A DNA stretch of 64,000 bases from positions 14,446,001 through 14,510,000 of the forward strand of contig JBHGNT010000011.1 of the NCBI GenBank assembly GCA_043228905.1. Direction: 5' to 3'. The notes under the pieces were generated by a model. That model saw only the letters and a program-made list of their open reading frames with translations, had not been told where the DNA came from and searched no databases. Below, one piece after another: positions 61,635 to 64,000 of this stretch. The position numbers were made by a program, and so were the translations under genes. The first letter of the stretch is position 1. Each line of letters opens with the position of its first letter. This stretch comes from Azolla caroliniana (lineage: Eukaryota > Plantae > Polypodiophyta).

Positions 61635-62821
61635 TGTCACTGACACACCAACCGCGGACTACGACGGAGCACGGAGGACGAGGCTACGAACGTGGAACTA
61701 GAAGTGACAAGTTAGGAACTCTAGAAGTTGTGAGCGACATGAGAGCATGAAGATAGAGATGACGAAGGAGACAATATGGAATTAAACGAGAATACTAGAT
61801 GGATATGTCAACAATTGGTGTTGAATCCTTTCAAAGGAACCAAGGAGGTTACAAGTATTTATACAAGTCCTGAGATGGAATATCTCTAGAATATACTCGA
61901 GAAATATCTCTAGAATATATCCAAAAAATATCTCTAGAATATACCTATTTAGAATACACTATAGAATATTTCTAGAATATACTAAAGACTAGAATATTCT
62001 GGATTGTACTATATGCTAGAATATATAGTACTAAACTATTATATATAAATACATGCTCACATCCAAATGGTTAGACATTATGTCTTGTTGAAGTGAGGTT
62101 GTAGGTTCAATCCTCACCAACTAAGTATTTGATGCCACTGTATCGTGACATTATCCTCCCCTTTACGACCGCCTTTTCGTCAGCGTGGTGCAAGGGTGAG
62201 CGGGAATTGGAGCACCAACAGACGTGAGCGACCATGTGTGGTCCTCACTGAAGACGGGAACACCGAAGAGCGTGTGCGACCATGTGCGGTCCTCATCAGG
62301 AACACGAATGGGCGTGAGCGACCATGCGGCCCTCACCGGGAACTCGAACACGAACAGTAGTGAGCGACCATGCCGTCTTCACTGAGAACTGGAACATGAA
62401 CGACCATGTGTGGTCCTCTTGAACTCTTGACCTCTTGTATTATAGTCAAATTATGTTCTAACCAATACATCCAAATACAAGGTCGTATTAGGTATATCTT
62501 AGTAGATTATTAGTATATTATCTATTTCAAGTTCTAGGAGTTTTTAGAAGGTTCTAGAACTAGAGGGTTCTAGAATATTCTCCCAAACATTCTAATGCAT
62601 GTACTTCGACTCATAGTATAAATACTTGTAACCTCCTTGGTTCCTTTCCATGGATTCAACACCAGTCATTGACACATCAATCTAGTCTTCTCGTTTCGCC
62701 CCATCTGGTCTCCTTCTTCATCTCTGTCTTCATGGCACTCTCATGTTGCTCACAACTTCTAAAGTTTTGCGGTTGGTCATCCATGCTCCATCGTAGTTTT
62801 GCGGTTGTTGTGTTTGTGACA
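61635..62821. mobile_element. 1187-bp insertion bounded by two related LTR ends in inverted orientation
   Basis: LTR 61635-62150 (minus, TGTCAC..GTGACA) with PPT AAAGGGGAGGATAA 62151-62164; 62616-62821 is a diverged inverse of 61635-61864; flanks GCCAT/ACCAT. Confidence 0.65.
62223..62418. repeat. About five degenerate 40-50-bp tandem units
   Basis: GTGAGCGACCATG..GTCCTCA..GAACAC recurs. Confidence 0.75.
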
Positions 62822-63855
62822 ACCATTGGGAGTAACCATTGGGGTGGCTAGCCATTGGGACTATCTATTGGGACTAAGTTGTCCTGACCTAGGGTGGCGC
62901 CTTCTTTGAGATTGGATTGGGCTCCCTCGTGAGTCCCAATCCATTTTGGATTGTGTTCCAGTTGGGACATATTAGGGACACCACATAGTGAATCATATGC
63001 CAATGGTATGCATTGATGGATCAAATTGCTAAATTGGAACAAAGAATAAGAATGCATGTCTATTGTGAAACAAAATCCACTTCATACGTTCTAAGGACAA
63101 ATCCATAAATGGTTTAAAAAATCACTCATGAATACATGGGTATGCAATTGTCCAAACAAGAATATACGGAAATTAGATATTTGTACTTTCTAAACAAGGG
63201 GGGCGGGGATCACATTTCAAAATTGCAAGGGGGTAATGATTTTATCCTGATAGTTTATTGTAGGATGAGTAATACAACACGATAACTTATTGTAGGATGA
63301 GTAAAACAACATTGTTACGTGCAAATGCACAATATGATGCATTGGTTGTTCTTATGTGTTGAACTATGGATTAAGTTACAAGGTGGAGGGACAAAAAGAG
63401 AAGTAAAATAGTAATTCACATAAAAAAGATGCACTTTTAAATAATAAAAATTGACAAACCCAACCAAACTCGCTAGAAAGCCAAGTCATTTATAAGGATC
63501 AAAGCTCCTTTTAAGGTTCCCCAAAAACAACAGAGTGAACTTTCAATTATTGTTATCGAGTCATGATATGGCCATGTGGATTGAAAACCCCATAGAAAGA
63601 CCATGATATCGAACACATTATTAACATATGAATGTATCCCTTAGCTATATGTGATTCGAACATCAATATTTGCACTTTAGAGCTGCTATATGGGCTCCAT
63701 CTCCCATGTTATGTACCAATATCTATTCCTCATATTGGAATATCTATTGCCTATTTCGATAGCATATGAAAGTTAATTGGTGATGGATCTAGACCTTATG
63801 GCAAGATCTTATTCAATGTTGGTGAACATTTTCCTTGACACTAGTACCATGATTG

Positions 63856-64000
63856 TGTTGGGATCGGGACCGTCCACAACTGGTTGACGTATACGTGTTC
63901 AGGTGCAAAGACAGAGATAAATTTGCACAAACACACAGAAAACGAAATAGATACAAAGACACAGATGTTTACGTGAAAAGCCCGAAAGGGAAAAAGCCAC
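63856..64000 (-). mobile_element. Copia family A-like LTR end, cut by the window edge
   Basis: TGTTGGGA start; TTTACGTGAAAAG..GGGAAAAAGCCAC matches the conserved family A LTR motif. Confidence 0.6.

Larger units (their letters stand above)
60618..62985 (-). mobile_element. 5' part of an old LTR element: LTR, Met-type PBS and decayed ORF
   Basis: LTR 61324-61634 + 62827-62985 (TG..CA, CCTATATAAG at ~61611-61620); TGGTATCAAAG at 61311-61321; ORF remnant 60618..60971. Confidence 0.6.

Noticed and set aside
63255-63311. 32-bp-period tandem duplication
   Set aside because: Two copies only, with no associated structure
63000-63850. Possible decayed coding sequence
   Set aside because: No ORF or motif I could assign

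Overview
Land-plant nuclear DNA (PPR and LINE style recall ferns; inference) made almost entirely of nested retroelements, with no intact host gene. Left to right: a LINE endonuclease fragment and a decayed PLS-type PPR gene hit by solo LTRs; then one ~5.5-kb LINE on the minus strand, split over ~7.8-47.8 kb by eight direct or nested insertions (three Copia family A elements, two Copia family B elements of which one has an intact 1338-aa ORF, a solo LTR, a tRNA-Trp-primed Gypsy, and a 672-bp inverted-repeat element); then an 11-kb tRNA-Arg-primed Gypsy with a long extra ORF; then older LTR debris. Most boundaries are fixed by TG..CA ends and target-site duplications (TSDs) read by eye. Most unusual: (1) the 11-kb Gypsy has no polypurine tract, and that position holds a copy of a tRNA-Arg 3' half ending in CCA, i.e. 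a second, opposite-strand PBS; (2) a PBS-bearing element with inverted LTR-like arms and a 5-bp TSD, plus a possible second inverted-LTR insertion; (3) a candidate G-GAU-UUU -1 frameshift between protease and RT; (4) Copia insertions with unprocessed ends, one with a 28-bp duplication; (5) an apparent Gag capsid swap; (6) tRNA-derived Pol III-like modules inside LTR U3 regions. Identities are manual counts and tRNA assignments are from recalled plant tRNA sequences; both need computational confirmation.
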